The position numbers and the translations under genes were made by a program. Under the pieces are notes generated by a model. The model saw only the letters and a program-made list of their open reading frames with translations. It was not told where the DNA came from and did no database searches. Below are positions 1-10,129 of a stretch of 64,000 nucleotides of DNA, piece by piece. The stretch lies in assembly GCA_963667725.2 (NCBI GenBank), contig CAXXHO010000003.1, positions 832,001-896,000 on the forward strand, given 5' to 3'. How positions within the stretch are numbered: the first letter of the stretch is position 1; every line of letters starts with the position of its first letter. Source of the DNA: Treponemataceae bacterium (GTDB taxonomy: Bacteria; Spirochaetota; Spirochaetia; Treponematales; Rectinemataceae).

Positions 1-1485
1 GTCGAGCGCGAAGCCACGTCCTATTCCGTCTACGATAGAGCCTGTCCCGATGTCCTGAAGCTTGTCTTCAAGATCCATCAACAGCTGTGGCGCGCTGCCG
101 GGTTCGGTCGATCTGCCGTCGAAGATGATGTGAAGATAGACGTTCCGCAGCTCTTGGGCTTTTGCCATTCTGGCCACGGCTACGGCGTAATCCATGCTTC
201 CGTGGGAGGACTTGTAGGTCAGGTAGGTTATCAAATGCAGGGCCGCGCCTTTTTCTCGAGCCTTCCCGATGGAATGGAGAATGACGGGGTTTTTCTCGAA
301 CGAGCCGTCTTCGATTGCCTTGTCGATGCGTATGTCGTCCTGAATGACGCGGCGTCCCGCGCCGAGGTTCATATGACCGGCTTCGGAATTTCCCGCTTTA
401 CCAGACGCCAGTCCCACGTGCGCGCCTGAGGCGTTCAGGCGGCACCAGGAGGAACGGCTGATAAGGCTATCCCAGTATGGGGTCGATGCGAGGAACATCG
501 CGTCATTATCGTCGCCAGAGCCAAGTCCCCAGCCGTCCAGAATCACTAAAAGTACCTTGCGGTTTGTCCCCCAGTCCTTGTTGCCTGTCAGCTTGTTTCC
601 TGTCATCTGCGCGGGCTTTTCAATGCCCATGATATCAAGGACTGTCGGAGCGACGTCATAAAGGGAGCCGTCTCTCAGCGGCATCGTTTCGTCGGGATTT
701 TTTGGGTCCAGAATTATGAAAGGGACAAGGTTTGTGGTGTGGGCGACATCAGGCGTTCCGTTTTTCGTGTAGAGCTTTTCAATATTGCCGTGGTCCGCGG
801 TGACAATCACGACATAGTCGCGCTTCAGCGCCTTGATGGCAACATTCTCAAGATTGCCGCTTACCGCTTTGCAGGCCTCGAGTTTAGCCTCAGTGCTCGA
901 CGTATGGCCAATTACATCGCCGTTCGCGAAGTTGACGACGATAAAATCATATCCGCCCAGCGCTTCTTCAACCGTCTTTGCGACTTCGGGCAGTGAAAGC
1001 TGTGGAACCGTATCAAAGGAAAGGCCCTTGGGGGAAGGAACGCAGCGGTTCGTCTCTCCGGCAAGACTGTCATCGTTCCCGCCGTTGAAGAAGTACGTCA
1101 CGTGCGCGAACTTCTCGGACTCGGCGCAGTGGAACTGGGTTTTTCCGGCCTTCGACAGCACCTGAGCCAAAGGAAGGTCGACTTTATAGGGCGCGAACGC
1201 GATCGGGAGATGTCGGAATTTTTCGTGGTACTGCGTAAGCAATACGAAGTCCAGGTCATGAAGGTACTTTCTGGGGACGGCAGAGAAGGCGGAGTCGGTG
1301 AACATTTCGGTCAGTTCGATTTCGCGCTCGCCTCTTCTGCAGCAGAAGACGACGCTGTCGCCATCCTGTATCCTTCTGTGCGAGCGGCTCACCAAGGCGG
1401 CCATGTGGTAGTCGTCCATGCCATCGGCATACGCTTTTCTTAGGGCTTCAGCCAGAGCGCGCCCACCATGCTCGGTTTGCTGCAT
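1..1485 (-). CDS. Circularly permuted 2,3-bisphosphoglycerate-independent phosphoglycerate mutase (iPGM/GpmI) homologue; 3' end runs off the window
   Basis: Translated by hand; not in the ORF track because there is no stop in the window. GGAG RBS, ATG at 1485, open to base 1 (495 codons). Motif order: ESEKFAHVTYFFNGG, NFANGDVIGH, TADHGN, AHTT, DVAPT, QMTG (normally C-terminal), then LVILDGWG, GNSEAGHMNLGAGR, FDGRS, GRGFALD (normally N-terminal). Confidence 0.9.
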   Translation of the reverse strand, partial: MQQTEHGGRALAEALRKAYADGMDDYHMAALVSRSHRRIQDGDSVVFCCRRGEREIELTEMFTDSAFSAVPRKYLHDLDFVLLTQYHEKFRHLPIAFAPYKVDLPLAQVLSKAGKTQFHCAESEKFAHVTYFFNGGNDDSLAGETNRCVPSPKGLSFDTVPQLSLPEVAKTVEEALGGYDFIVVNFANGDVIGHTSSTEAKLEACKAVSGNLENVAIKALKRDYVVIVTADHGNIEKLYTKNGTPDVAHTTNLVPFIILDPKNPDETMPLRDGSLYDVAPTVLDIMGIEKPAQMTGNKLTGNKDWGTNRKVLLVILDGWGLGSGDDNDAMFLASTPYWDSLISRSSWCRLNASGAHVGLASGKAGNSEAGHMNLGAGRRVIQDDIRIDKAIEDGSFEKNPVILHSIGKAREKGAALHLITYLTYKSSHGSMDYAVAVARMAKAQELRNVYLHIIFDGRSTEPGSAPQLLMDLEDKLQDIGTGSIVDGIGRGFALD

Positions 1486-1498
1486 TCCGTTCTCCGTA

Positions 1499-2602
1499 CT
1501 AGATAGTATTTCGTCTGTTGCGTTCTTCCTCGACATCTTTGCTCTCAGGCTTGTACCATGCGGGATCCTTTATCTTGATAAAGCAGGGTTCGCCTGCCCT
1601 GAAAAAGTTCCTGTGCGGAGTCTGGACCATGAAAGTGCCTTTGCCTACGGATACCAGATATTCCATGAATTCCGTTTTTGAGGTTCTCTTGAGGATTGTC
1701 GACTTGTAGCCTTCCTCTCTGTTGAGGTCGATCGCGTTTGGTCTTGTGGCCATCACATAATCGCCTTTCAGATCTAATGGAGTCCCGGTGAACAGTAAAC
1801 TGGACTCGTCATCTTTTAAAAAAGCTCTTCCGTCCCTGATAGCGACATCGGTGAAATTGGACTGGCCGAGGAAGTTGTAGACAAAGCGATTGACCGGCTT
1901 GTGATACAATTCCTGCGGAGTTCCGATCTGCTGGATATTTCCCATGTCCATGACCAGCATGCGGTCGGAAAGCGCCATGGCCTCCGCTTGATCGTGGGTG
2001 ACAAAGATGATGGTAAATCCGAATTCTTTCTGCAGCCTTTTGATTTCAAAGCGCATCGATTCTCGCAGATGAGGGTCGAGATTCGAAAGCGGCTCATCGA
2101 GGAGCATGACATCGGGATTGACGACGATCGCTCTAGCCAAGGCGATTCTTTGCTGCTGACCGCCGGAGAGGTCTGAAGGATAGACTTTTTCAAGTCCGTC
2201 GAGGTTGCTGTGGTGAAGGGTGAGCGCTACGCGCTTTTGTATCTCTGAGCTTGGGCACTTTTTCACCTTAAGAGGGAAGGCCACGTTGTCATAGACATTC
2301 AGATGAGGCCAAACGGCGAAGGCTTGGAAGACCATCCCCAAATTACGCTTTTCCGGTGGAAGATAGATGTTCTTCTTCTTGTCCGAAACAAGCCTGCCGC
2401 CGAGGTAGATCGAACCTTCGGAGAGGTCTTCAAAACCCGCGATCATACGCAACGTGGTAGTCTTTCCGCAGCCCGAGGGACCGAGGAAGGAGAAACACTC
2501 GCCTTTTTTCACGGAGAGGTTGAAATCCTTGACCGCCACAACCGTTCCCAACGACTTTGTGGTAAACGACTTTGTCACATGCTCAAGCACTATTTGGTCC
2601 AT
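1499..2602 (-). CDS. ABC transporter ATP-binding protein (FbpC/PotA-like)
   Basis: [25 protein letters not shown]; start trimmed to the ATG next to the permease stop. Confidence 0.93.
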   Translation of the reverse strand: MDQIVLEHVTKSFTTKSLGTVVAVKDFNLSVKKGECFSFLGPSGCGKTTTLRMIAGFEDLSEGSIYLGGRLVSDKKKNIYLPPEKRNLGMVFQAFAVWPHLNVYDNVAFPLKVKKCPSSEIQKRVALTLHHSNLDGLEKVYPSDLSGGQQQRIALARAIVVNPDVMLLDEPLSNLDPHLRESMRFEIKRLQKEFGFTIIFVTHDQAEAMALSDRMLVMDMGNIQQIGTPQELYHKPVNRFVYNFLGQSNFTDVAIRDGRAFLKDDESSLLFTGTPLDLKGDYVMATRPNAIDLNREEGYKSTILKRTSKTEFMEYLVSVGKGTFMVQTPHRNFFRAGEPCFIKIKDPAWYKPESKDVEEERNRRNTI

Positions 2603-2603
2603 G

Positions 2604-4331
2604 TCATACTCTCTTTTTGTCTTTGACGAGTGCCTTGACAATGTTGTTGCAGAGAATGATCAGCGTGATCGTGACCACCGAAAGGGCTGCCGCCGGAGCT
2701 ATCTGGCCGTTGATTCTCAACTGGTAAATGGCGACCCCAAGCGTCCTGCTTTTGGGTCCGTACAGAAGAATGGATGTTGTCAGTTCCCTCATGCAAGGAA
2801 GGAATACCAGGAAGAACCCCGATATCATGGCGGGCTTGATCAAAGGCAGGGTAATATCCTTGAGAGTCTGCATGTGGGATGCCCCGCAGGACCTCGCGGC
2901 CTCCTCAAGCGAGGCGTGGACCTGATGCAACGCGGCGGAACTCGATTTAAGCGCGTACGACAAGTACCTCGCGATGTAGGCGACAAGGATTATCCAAATG
3001 GTGTTGTACAACGTGATTCCGAAAAACGCTCCCGACCAGGCGAGGATACAGCCGATGGCCATGACGGTTCCGGGCAACGAATAGGGAAGAACCGCCATCA
3101 TTTCAAGGGCGATGCCTCCTTTCGGTTTTACCTTGTAGATGACATAGGCAAGCATCGTTCCCAGAAGCAGGCAGAAGGAAGCCGCCGAGAATGCCAGAAA
3201 CAGCGAGTTTTTCACCGAATCGCGGACCATGATGTTGCCGACGAAGATTCTGCGGAAATTGGCTAGGGTAAGGTTCTGGGCAAGGAACGGCAGGCCGTAC
3301 GCTTTCACGAAGCTGACCAGGATGATCATGACGATCGGCGCGACGACGATAAGGCTCAGGAACAGCAGCGAGAAGGCGAGAAGAGGATACTTGGCTCCCC
3401 TGAGCTTGATGAGCATGGGACGCATGGACTTTCCTTTGATGATGTCGTATCGCCCGTGCGTCATAAGGCGTCTCTGTACCAGAAGCGCAATGGAGACGAT
3501 GAACACCAGAACGATGGAGAGGGCGGCCGACTGCCTGATACCCTCGAAACTTCCGCCGGCGCGGTCCATTAGTTTGGTTATCATCGTGGGCAAGGTGAAG
3601 ATGTTCTGCGAATAACCCAACATCGCCGGTATCCCGTAGTTCGACAGAGAAGTGATGAGTACCAGAAGCATTCCGGACGAAATGGCGGGAATCGTGAGGG
3701 GAAGGGTGATCTTCCTGATCACGTACGGCTGGCTGGCTCCCGCTATCCTCGCGCTTTCCTCAAGGGTCGGGTCCATGCGCTCGAGCGCGCTGACGACCTG
3801 CATGTAGACAAAGGGGAAATAGTAGACGACTTCGATGACGATGATGCCGGCTACGCTGTTGATATTAAACGGAGCCTTCGCGAGGTTGAAAAGGGACATG
3901 AGGGCCTTGTTCACATATCCTCCACGGCCCGAGAACATCATATCCCATGACATCGCGGCGAGAAACGGCGGAATCATGAACGGAATGGAGAAGAGGAACT
4001 TCATCACCCCCGTCATGGGAATGTCGCTCCGTCCCAAAAGCCAGGCGAAGAAAACCCCCACGACGGTAGCGAGGGCGGTTGAGCAAACTCCTATCACCAT
4101 AGTGTTCCACATGGCGCCGATGTTGCTTTTCTGGAATATGACCTGCTTGAACATAGCGATGTCGATCTTTGTCCCGTCCCAGAAAGCGTAATAGAGAATC
4201 ATGAGCACGGGAAGGATGGCCACGGTTATCAGGGCTACGTAACAGAGAATGATCATCAACCGGTCCAGGGGGAAGCCCCTTTTGCCCTCAAGACGTGCCA
4301 GATCAGGGTTTATGACTCTGGAAAAGATCAT
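2604..4331 (-). CDS. ABC transporter permease, FbpB/AfuB type (two fused TM domains)
   Basis: 575 aa, many TM segments, two EAA loops (LEESARIAGAS, LEEAARSCGAS). Confidence 0.92.
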   Translation of the reverse strand: MIFSRVINPDLARLEGKRGFPLDRLMIILCYVALITVAILPVLMILYYAFWDGTKIDIAMFKQVIFQKSNIGAMWNTMVIGVCSTALATVVGVFFAWLLGRSDIPMTGVMKFLFSIPFMIPPFLAAMSWDMMFSGRGGYVNKALMSLFNLAKAPFNINSVAGIIVIEVVYYFPFVYMQVVSALERMDPTLEESARIAGASQPYVIRKITLPLTIPAISSGMLLVLITSLSNYGIPAMLGYSQNIFTLPTMITKLMDRAGGSFEGIRQSAALSIVLVFIVSIALLVQRRLMTHGRYDIIKGKSMRPMLIKLRGAKYPLLAFSLLFLSLIVVAPIVMIILVSFVKAYGLPFLAQNLTLANFRRIFVGNIMVRDSVKNSLFLAFSAASFCLLLGTMLAYVIYKVKPKGGIALEMMAVLPYSLPGTVMAIGCILAWSGAFFGITLYNTIWIILVAYIARYLSYALKSSSAALHQVHASLEEAARSCGASHMQTLKDITLPLIKPAMISGFFLVFLPCMRELTTSILLYGPKSRTLGVAIYQLRINGQIAPAAALSVVTITLIILCNNIVKALVKDKKRV

Positions 4332-5398
4332 GCATCCTCCCTCGCAAAATACCTTTCCTCGAGAAAAGCGAGCCCGACTTCCTCTCCCTCCGAATAGGAT
4401 TTCGCGTTTTCGGAAATGGCGAGCTGCTGGACCCGAATTTCCATTCCCGGAAGCCTAACGAAATAATTGTACATATTGCCGAGGAAAATCGATTGCGCGA
4501 CGGTCGCGCGAACGGGACTGTTGTCATCAAACACGATGTCCATCGGCCTTATGCCGAGCATCGCCTTTGTGCCCGTCATTTTCTCGCGAATCTGGGATTT
4601 GAAGAGGATCTTCTTTTCGAGATCAAAGAAGGCTTTGCCGTCCTCGACCACCACGGGGATGAAGTTCGAAACCCCTATGAACTGAAAGACGAATCGGTTC
4701 GCGGGGTTCCTGATGATTTCCTCATCGGATCCGATCTGGGCGATCGACCCATCGGGTTCAAGGATCACTATCTTGTCGCACAGTTGCATCGCGGCTTCCT
4801 GGTCATGCGTGATGTAGATTATCGTGGTGCCCAGCCTTTGCTGCAGAAGGCGAATTTCGACAAGCATCTGCTCGCGGAGCTTGGCGTCAAGGTTGGTGAT
4901 CGGTTCATCCATGATGAGAAAATCGCTGGATGATGTCAGAGCCCGCGCTATCGCGACTCTCTGCTGCTGCCCGCCTGAAAGTTGGGAAGGCATGTACTTC
5001 TCGTAGCCCACCATATTGACTTGTCCTAGCGCGTTGTGCACCTGAGGACCTGTCTCTTCCTTCGACAGCCCGCGCTTTTTCAGCGGATAGGCGATGTTGT
5101 CGTAGACGCTGAGATGCGGCCAGACGGCATAATCCTGAAATACCACGCCGATATGTCTTTGTTCGGGGGGAATGTCGACTCTATCCTTGTGACTGAACAT
5201 GGTCTTTTCGTCAATTTTCACCGTTCCCTGTTGCGGCTTGAGGAAACCGCAGATCGCCCTGACAATGGTGGACTTGCCGCAACCCGAGGGACCAACGATG
5301 CCCATAATCTGGCCCGGTTCGATCTTCAGTGAGAAATCCTTGAGGACCACATGCTCGCCATAGCTTACGCAGATATTTTCAAGTTCGACCTTTTCCAC
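4328..5398 (-). CDS. Second ABC transporter ATP-binding protein
   Basis: [25 protein letters not shown]; 4-nt overlap with the permease start. Confidence 0.92.
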   Translation of the reverse strand: MEKVELENICVSYGEHVVLKDFSLKIEPGQIMGIVGPSGCGKSTIVRAICGFLKPQQGTVKIDEKTMFSHKDRVDIPPEQRHIGVVFQDYAVWPHLSVYDNIAYPLKKRGLSKEETGPQVHNALGQVNMVGYEKYMPSQLSGGQQQRVAIARALTSSSDFLIMDEPITNLDAKLREQMLVEIRLLQQRLGTTIIYITHDQEAAMQLCDKIVILEPDGSIAQIGSDEEIIRNPANRFVFQFIGVSNFIPVVVEDGKAFFDLEKKILFKSQIREKMTGTKAMLGIRPMDIVFDDNSPVRATVAQSIFLGNMYNYFVRLPGMEIRVQQLAISENAKSYSEGEEVGLAFLEERYFAREDA

Positions 5399-5419
5399 GC
5401 GTCACCCCCCGAAAACGAC

Positions 5420-5449
5420 GCGTGCCGGATGCAGGGCATCCAGCACGCT
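5420..5449 (-). other. Intercistronic stem-loop after the binding-protein gene (possible mRNA-stabilising hairpin)
   Basis: gcgtgc-cggatgc/gcatcc-agcacgc inverted repeat, no U tract. Confidence 0.45.
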
Positions 5450-5466
5450 GACTAAAACGATTCTGA

Positions 5467-6471
5467 TTACTTTTTTGTCTTGAAATATGAATCGAACTGG
5501 TCAAGCAGCTTGTTGCTCACTTTGGCGAGGTCGACCCAATCGATAGGAAGCGCCTTTGAGGCTATTTCGGTGGCAGTCAGCATGCCGGCGGGAAGTTTGA
5601 CGCCGTCGACGACTGGCGTGATATTGTACTGAGTAAGCAGCTTCTGGCCGCCGTTCGGATCCAGGATGAAATCATAAAGAAGCTTTGCGAGCTTTTCGTG
5701 CGGAGCGCCGGCTGGAATCGCGATCGGACAGGGCACGGCGACGATATCCTTGGTATCATGCCAGCCAATCGGGGAACCTTCAGCCATAAGGTTTTTAGTG
5801 TTGTAATCAACGCCGAAGGCGACCTTGTATGAACCGGCCGCGACTGCATTGTTTGTCGCGCCCGAACTCGATTGAAGCTCCATGCCCATCTCGCTGAGCT
5901 TTTTAAAGTAATCCCAGCCGTATTTGGGGTTGTGAGTCATCGCATAGATTAGCGCCTTCGTCGAACCTGAACCGGTCGGGTCCGTCATGATCAGCTGTTT
6001 ATTGAAATTCGGGGCGAGAAGGCCGTCCCAGTTGTACGGGGCTTCCTTATCCGAACACGAGGTCGTGCTGAAGGTAATGCCCATGATCAGCAGACGGGCT
6101 CCGGTAAAATAGCCCGCGGCATCCTTGAACTTGGAGTCCACACCCGTCACGAAGGGGGACATATACTGGAGAAGGTGATTATCGGCCTTGAGAGTGATCA
6201 TCGCCGAGGGATCCGCAAGCCATGCAAGATCACAGGTTACGGACTTGGACTGGAATTCCATCAGGAGTTTGGTGACGCATTTGCCTGATGTGGCGGAATA
6301 GTAATCCAGCTTGACATTCGGATACTTGGCTTCAAAAGCGTTTTTGAGAGCGATCACGACATCCTCGCCGGTAGACGAATACAACATAACCTTTCCGCTG
6401 TATGAGGCGTCGGCGGCGATGGCTGGCAACAAAGCCGAGACGAGCAACCAAATAAAAATCAGCTTTTTCAT
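5467..6471 (-). CDS. Extracellular solute-binding protein (FbpA/AfuA-like)
   Basis: Signal peptide, LYSS, DPTGSGS motif, AGGAGG RBS, first gene of the ABC operon. Confidence 0.88.
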   Translation of the reverse strand: MKKLIFIWLLVSALLPAIAADASYSGKVMLYSSTGEDVVIALKNAFEAKYPNVKLDYYSATSGKCVTKLLMEFQSKSVTCDLAWLADPSAMITLKADNHLLQYMSPFVTGVDSKFKDAAGYFTGARLLIMGITFSTTSCSDKEAPYNWDGLLAPNFNKQLIMTDPTGSGSTKALIYAMTHNPKYGWDYFKKLSEMGMELQSSSGATNNAVAAGSYKVAFGVDYNTKNLMAEGSPIGWHDTKDIVAVPCPIAIPAGAPHEKLAKLLYDFILDPNGGQKLLTQYNITPVVDGVKLPAGMLTATEIASKALPIDWVDLAKVSNKLLDQFDSYFKTKK

Positions 6472-6658
6472 ACTACCTTTCCTCCTTGATAACGGGCTTG
6501 AACCCGAAAGGTAATTTTATTATGAGTTATGGAATTTTTAATGGGTAGTACAAAATCATGACTTTTTTATCGGTTGTTCGAAATTTGAATTATTCCTTCT
6601 TTTTCTTTTATCTTGTCAAGAATTACCTTTGTCATGCATAATAGCTTCGGAGAACTCC

Positions 6659-8893
6659 ATGCCCCAGGGGAAAAGCAGGACAAGATTATCCATGTCGATG
6701 ATCTTCACCGGATCGTTGGTAGGAATGTTTTTAATTTTTCTGATTCTCATGGCTATTGTCTACAGCCAGTTTCAGAAATCGCTGCTCTTGTCTCTTGCCA
6801 AACAGAACGAGGAATTCGCCTCCCAGGTCAGTTCAACCACAAAATTCGCCGATGAGATTCTTATCAGTGTCACAAACCAGCTCTTCTACGATCCGGCCGT
6901 AACGTTGCTAAGGAAAAGCGATAAGATTTCCAACTTTGAATTCATCGAGGGAATAAGACAGATAAACGATATCGCCGCCTCGGCTATCCTGATTGACTCG
7001 ATCTACATCTATAACGGCAAGAAGGATTATATTTACAGTACCGCGCAGTATGGGCCGGTCAACGATAATGCCGAGCGTTTCAGGGACAAGGACGCGGTAC
7101 GAATGCTCCGTGAGCGTAGGAGCGAGCAACGGCTGGTAATTATTCCCCGGGAAACATCCATGTTCAGCGGTTCGGGTAATTCGGCCATCTATTCGTTTAT
7201 GTTCTTTGAGACGATTTCGGACGGGACTCCGGATACCAACGCTATCCTTCTCAACCTGAAGGCATCGGCCTTCACCAAGTTGTATTTCGGCAGCGACTTT
7301 CAGAATCAGGCGTTCATCATAAACGGCAAAGGGACCTTGATCGCTTCCAAGGACTCTTTAGAAGAAAGTGCCAGGCATGGGCTAATCGCCAGGATCCTCG
7401 CGGAAAACGCGAACGACAAGGCTAGCGGCTATTTCACCTTCCCCAATGCTGGCGTAGGGAAAATGCTCTGTTTCTATTCATCTTTGGGTGAGCACAACTG
7501 GATCTATGTAAAGACTCTTGCCTACGAAGAAGCCTTTCCCGCATTGCTGCGTTCACGCAACCGCACCCTTGTCGCCATTTCCGTCATAATCCTTGTTCTC
7601 GTGGCGGTATCCGCGCTCATAGCGAATCGCGTCTATGTCCCCTACAGAAAGATTTCGCAAAAGATTTCCAAAGCAATCAGCGGCAACGGAAATGAGAATC
7701 CCGACCAAATAATCAGGAACCTTGACCAGCTTATCGTTGAACATGACAGCCGGGAATTCCTTGGGCCCATGATAAAAAGCGAGATCCTCAAGGATTTGCT
7801 TCTGGGAAAGAAGTCTATCGATATGCCCGACTTCAACCTTGAAACCCACCACCTTCAGATAGCCATAAACTTTCCAGTCACGCTATATCTATTAAGCAAC
7901 AAGGACATAGTACTTAATACCGAGGATATCCAGGAGAGGATCCCATATTGCGAAACGGTGGCGATAAATTCCTACCTTATCCTTTTCCTCCAGCCTATGA
8001 GTCAGGATCAGGAAATACATGTACGGAACGAACTCGTCAGAAAAAATCCTGACATGCTTCTCATTTACTCCGAAGAAATCAGGGACTGGTCTTTGATCCC
8101 TGACACTTTCCAGAAACTCGGGGAGACTTGGCAGCTCAGATTTCTGCATCCTGAGACAAAGCTGATTAGCTTGAAAGACCAGCCGCTGAGAAGGCATGTA
8201 ATGGCCCCGCTTTCTGAAAAATCGGCCGCGGTAGTAGGATTTCTGAAGAAGGGATTCTATTCAAAAGCGGCGGAAACCTGGAATCTGTTTGTTCGTGAAC
8301 TGGAGGACAAGCAGTACTCGACGGTCAACGTTGCGCTCATAAACATCGCGAATGCCATACTCAAGCTTGCCTTGGATTACAAAGTGCTTGATTCGACATA
8401 CGAGGAATCTTGCGTGGCTTACCAGATGACGATCGACAGTCTGGATGATATGAACGAACTGAATAAACTGTTGGACGATCTTTTTCGCAAAATCACCGAC
8501 AATGTCCAGCAGATGCAGCAGACCAGCAAGAAAGATACAATCCATGAGATTTTCGAATACCTCGCCCAAAACTACACCGACATGCAGATTTCCACTAAGT
8601 CGGTTGCCGATGTCTTCAAGATGTCGCCCGCGTACCTGTCGCGAATTTACAGACAGGGGCTGGGCCATTCTCTGATGGATGAAATTAATGCGCTAAGGAT
8701 TCAAAAGGCTAAAGAGTGTCTTGCCGATCCCAACGGCCTGATAAAGAACATTCCGCAGAAGATTGGTCTTGAGAATTCACAGTACTTTTTCCTGCTGTTC
8801 AAGAAAATGACAGGCAAGACGCCCAAAGCATATCAGAATGACTTGATAATGCTCAGAAAGAGAGAGGCCGCGAAACAGAGCAGACGAGTCTGA
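6659..8893 (+). CDS. Membrane-anchored AraC-family regulator with extracytoplasmic sensor domain (YesS-like)
   Basis: Two TM helices flanking a ~270-aa domain; C-terminal double HTH (VADVFKMSPAYLSRIY...YFFLLFKKMTGKTPKAY); GGAG before ATG 6659. Confidence 0.88.
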   Translation: MPQGKSRTRLSMSMIFTGSLVGMFLIFLILMAIVYSQFQKSLLLSLAKQNEEFASQVSSTTKFADEILISVTNQLFYDPAVTLLRKSDKISNFEFIEGIRQINDIAASAILIDSIYIYNGKKDYIYSTAQYGPVNDNAERFRDKDAVRMLRERRSEQRLVIIPRETSMFSGSGNSAIYSFMFFETISDGTPDTNAILLNLKASAFTKLYFGSDFQNQAFIINGKGTLIASKDSLEESARHGLIARILAENANDKASGYFTFPNAGVGKMLCFYSSLGEHNWIYVKTLAYEEAFPALLRSRNRTLVAISVIILVLVAVSALIANRVYVPYRKISQKISKAISGNGNENPDQIIRNLDQLIVEHDSREFLGPMIKSEILKDLLLGKKSIDMPDFNLETHHLQIAINFPVTLYLLSNKDIVLNTEDIQERIPYCETVAINSYLILFLQPMSQDQEIHVRNELVRKNPDMLLIYSEEIRDWSLIPDTFQKLGETWQLRFLHPETKLISLKDQPLRRHVMAPLSEKSAAVVGFLKKGFYSKAAETWNLFVRELEDKQYSTVNVALINIANAILKLALDYKVLDSTYEESCVAYQMTIDSLDDMNELNKLLDDLFRKITDNVQQMQQTSKKDTIHEIFEYLAQNYTDMQISTKSVADVFKMSPAYLSRIYRQGLGHSLMDEINALRIQKAKECLADPNGLIKNIPQKIGLENSQYFFLLFKKMTGKTPKAYQNDLIMLRKREAAKQSRRV

Positions 8894-10079
8894 TGTTCCG
8901 GTTCTCAATCCAAGCCGATAGGGATTTGCAATCTTCGGTCTTGGCATGGAACAGCATAACCGCCGAGGGTTTTGCTTTCTGTATCAGGCTCTTGATATCT
9001 TCTTGATCCGGATGCACCTTGATGACGGTCGATTCAACAACCAGCTTTATTGATTCCTTTCGGCGGTATTCCGGGTCCGATATCATTTTCCCCAAAGAAC
9101 CTGTGGCGACATGTCCGCTTATGATTATTTTGTTTCTGCCGTCATTTTTGATTTTTTCAAAGTATTGGACAGAAACGGGGCTTGTCATCATGCCGTCTGG
9201 ACATAAAACCGCATATCCTCCTAAATCATCACTGGTTCCGTCTTGAGCTTCTATAAAGCTTCCCTTCGCGTCCCATAACGATGATTCAGAAATCCACCCG
9301 ACTTTGTCTTTAAGCGTATACAAGCTCTTTAGGATGCTTTTATCTACAATTAATGACACTTTCTGTTCCAAGAGATACAAAAAGAGGTCGATTCCCCGTC
9401 CGTTTGAAGGTACCGGGAGCAACACGGTTCCGTTTTCGCGAATCGTCTTATTAACAGATGCGAGGATGTTCTCATACTGTTGTTTTTGGTCGATTGTCCT
9501 TGCGGCATATGCTGCATCGGTGATAAGAATGTCGCAGGCCGGCATTTCATCGGCCTTCAGCAACAGCGAGTCGAAGCAGGTATCGCCGGTATAGAGAAGA
9601 GTAGTGCTGTTAAAGTTAAAATGGTACCACAGACTCCCCAGCATGTGGGCGCTTCGCCCGGCGAGTACCTTGATGCCAGAGATCTCATTGACCCCAAGTT
9701 CCAGTGGGTGAAAATCCAGAAGTTCGATGTTGTTCTCGTCAAACGGAAGAGTTCCGCCTTTCTCTTTCACGTAAGAAACCCATTTTCTCATGAAGCCTTT
9801 CGCTAATCTCATGGTTTCCGAGTGGCAGAATACCGGTCCACGGTATCCGAGCTCGTATAGGTAAGGCAAGGCGGCGCTATGGTCTTCATGTGCGTGGGAA
9901 AGGAATACGGCATCGATCGATAATGCTATCTCTTTGGTTATATGGGGGTAGACTCGTTCGACCGTGGAAATTTCCCTCAGCACGCCGCAATCGAGGAGAA
10001 AACGTTTCCCCCCAGCGGAAACATGAAAGCAATTGCGCGCGTCTTCGCCGCTGCCGCCTAACGACTCGACTGTAACCAT
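8853..10079 (-). CDS. MBL-fold metallo-hydrolase, beta-CASP type
   Basis: LLDCG, SHAHEDH, AHMLGS, YTGD, late KVHPD and LFHA motifs. Confidence 0.88.
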   Translation of the reverse strand: MVTVESLGGSGEDARNCFHVSAGGKRFLLDCGVLREISTVERVYPHITKEIALSIDAVFLSHAHEDHSAALPYLYELGYRGPVFCHSETMRLAKGFMRKWVSYVKEKGGTLPFDENNIELLDFHPLELGVNEISGIKVLAGRSAHMLGSLWYHFNFNSTTLLYTGDTCFDSLLLKADEMPACDILITDAAYAARTIDQKQQYENILASVNKTIRENGTVLLPVPSNGRGIDLFLYLLEQKVSLIVDKSILKSLYTLKDKVGWISESSLWDAKGSFIEAQDGTSDDLGGYAVLCPDGMMTSPVSVQYFEKIKNDGRNKIIISGHVATGSLGKMISDPEYRRKESIKLVVESTVIKVHPDQEDIKSLIQKAKPSAVMLFHAKTEDCKSLSAWIENRNIRLVCSVSRPLSF

Positions 10080-10100
10080 ATAACCCTCAATTGAAGAAAA

Positions 10101-10129
10101 ATTCTAAATCAGTTTCTTCCGGCAGACAA
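10101..10129 (-). promoter_or_regulatory. Sigma70-like promoter of the MBL hydrolase
   Basis: TTGTCT-N17-TAGAAT on the minus strand. Confidence 0.5.

Noticed and set aside
225..260. Possible frameshift in the iPGM-like gene at the T run near 250
   Set aside because: Recounting gives five Ts; the frame continues REKGAALHLI without interruption.
130..1681. Plus-strand ORFs listed in the track over the first 1.7 kb
   Set aside because: Antisense shadows of the minus-strand iPGM-like gene and ABC ATPase.
6525..6595. AT-rich quasi-repeats in the SBP/AraC divergent promoter as AraC sites
   Set aside because: Too degenerate, with irregular spacing.
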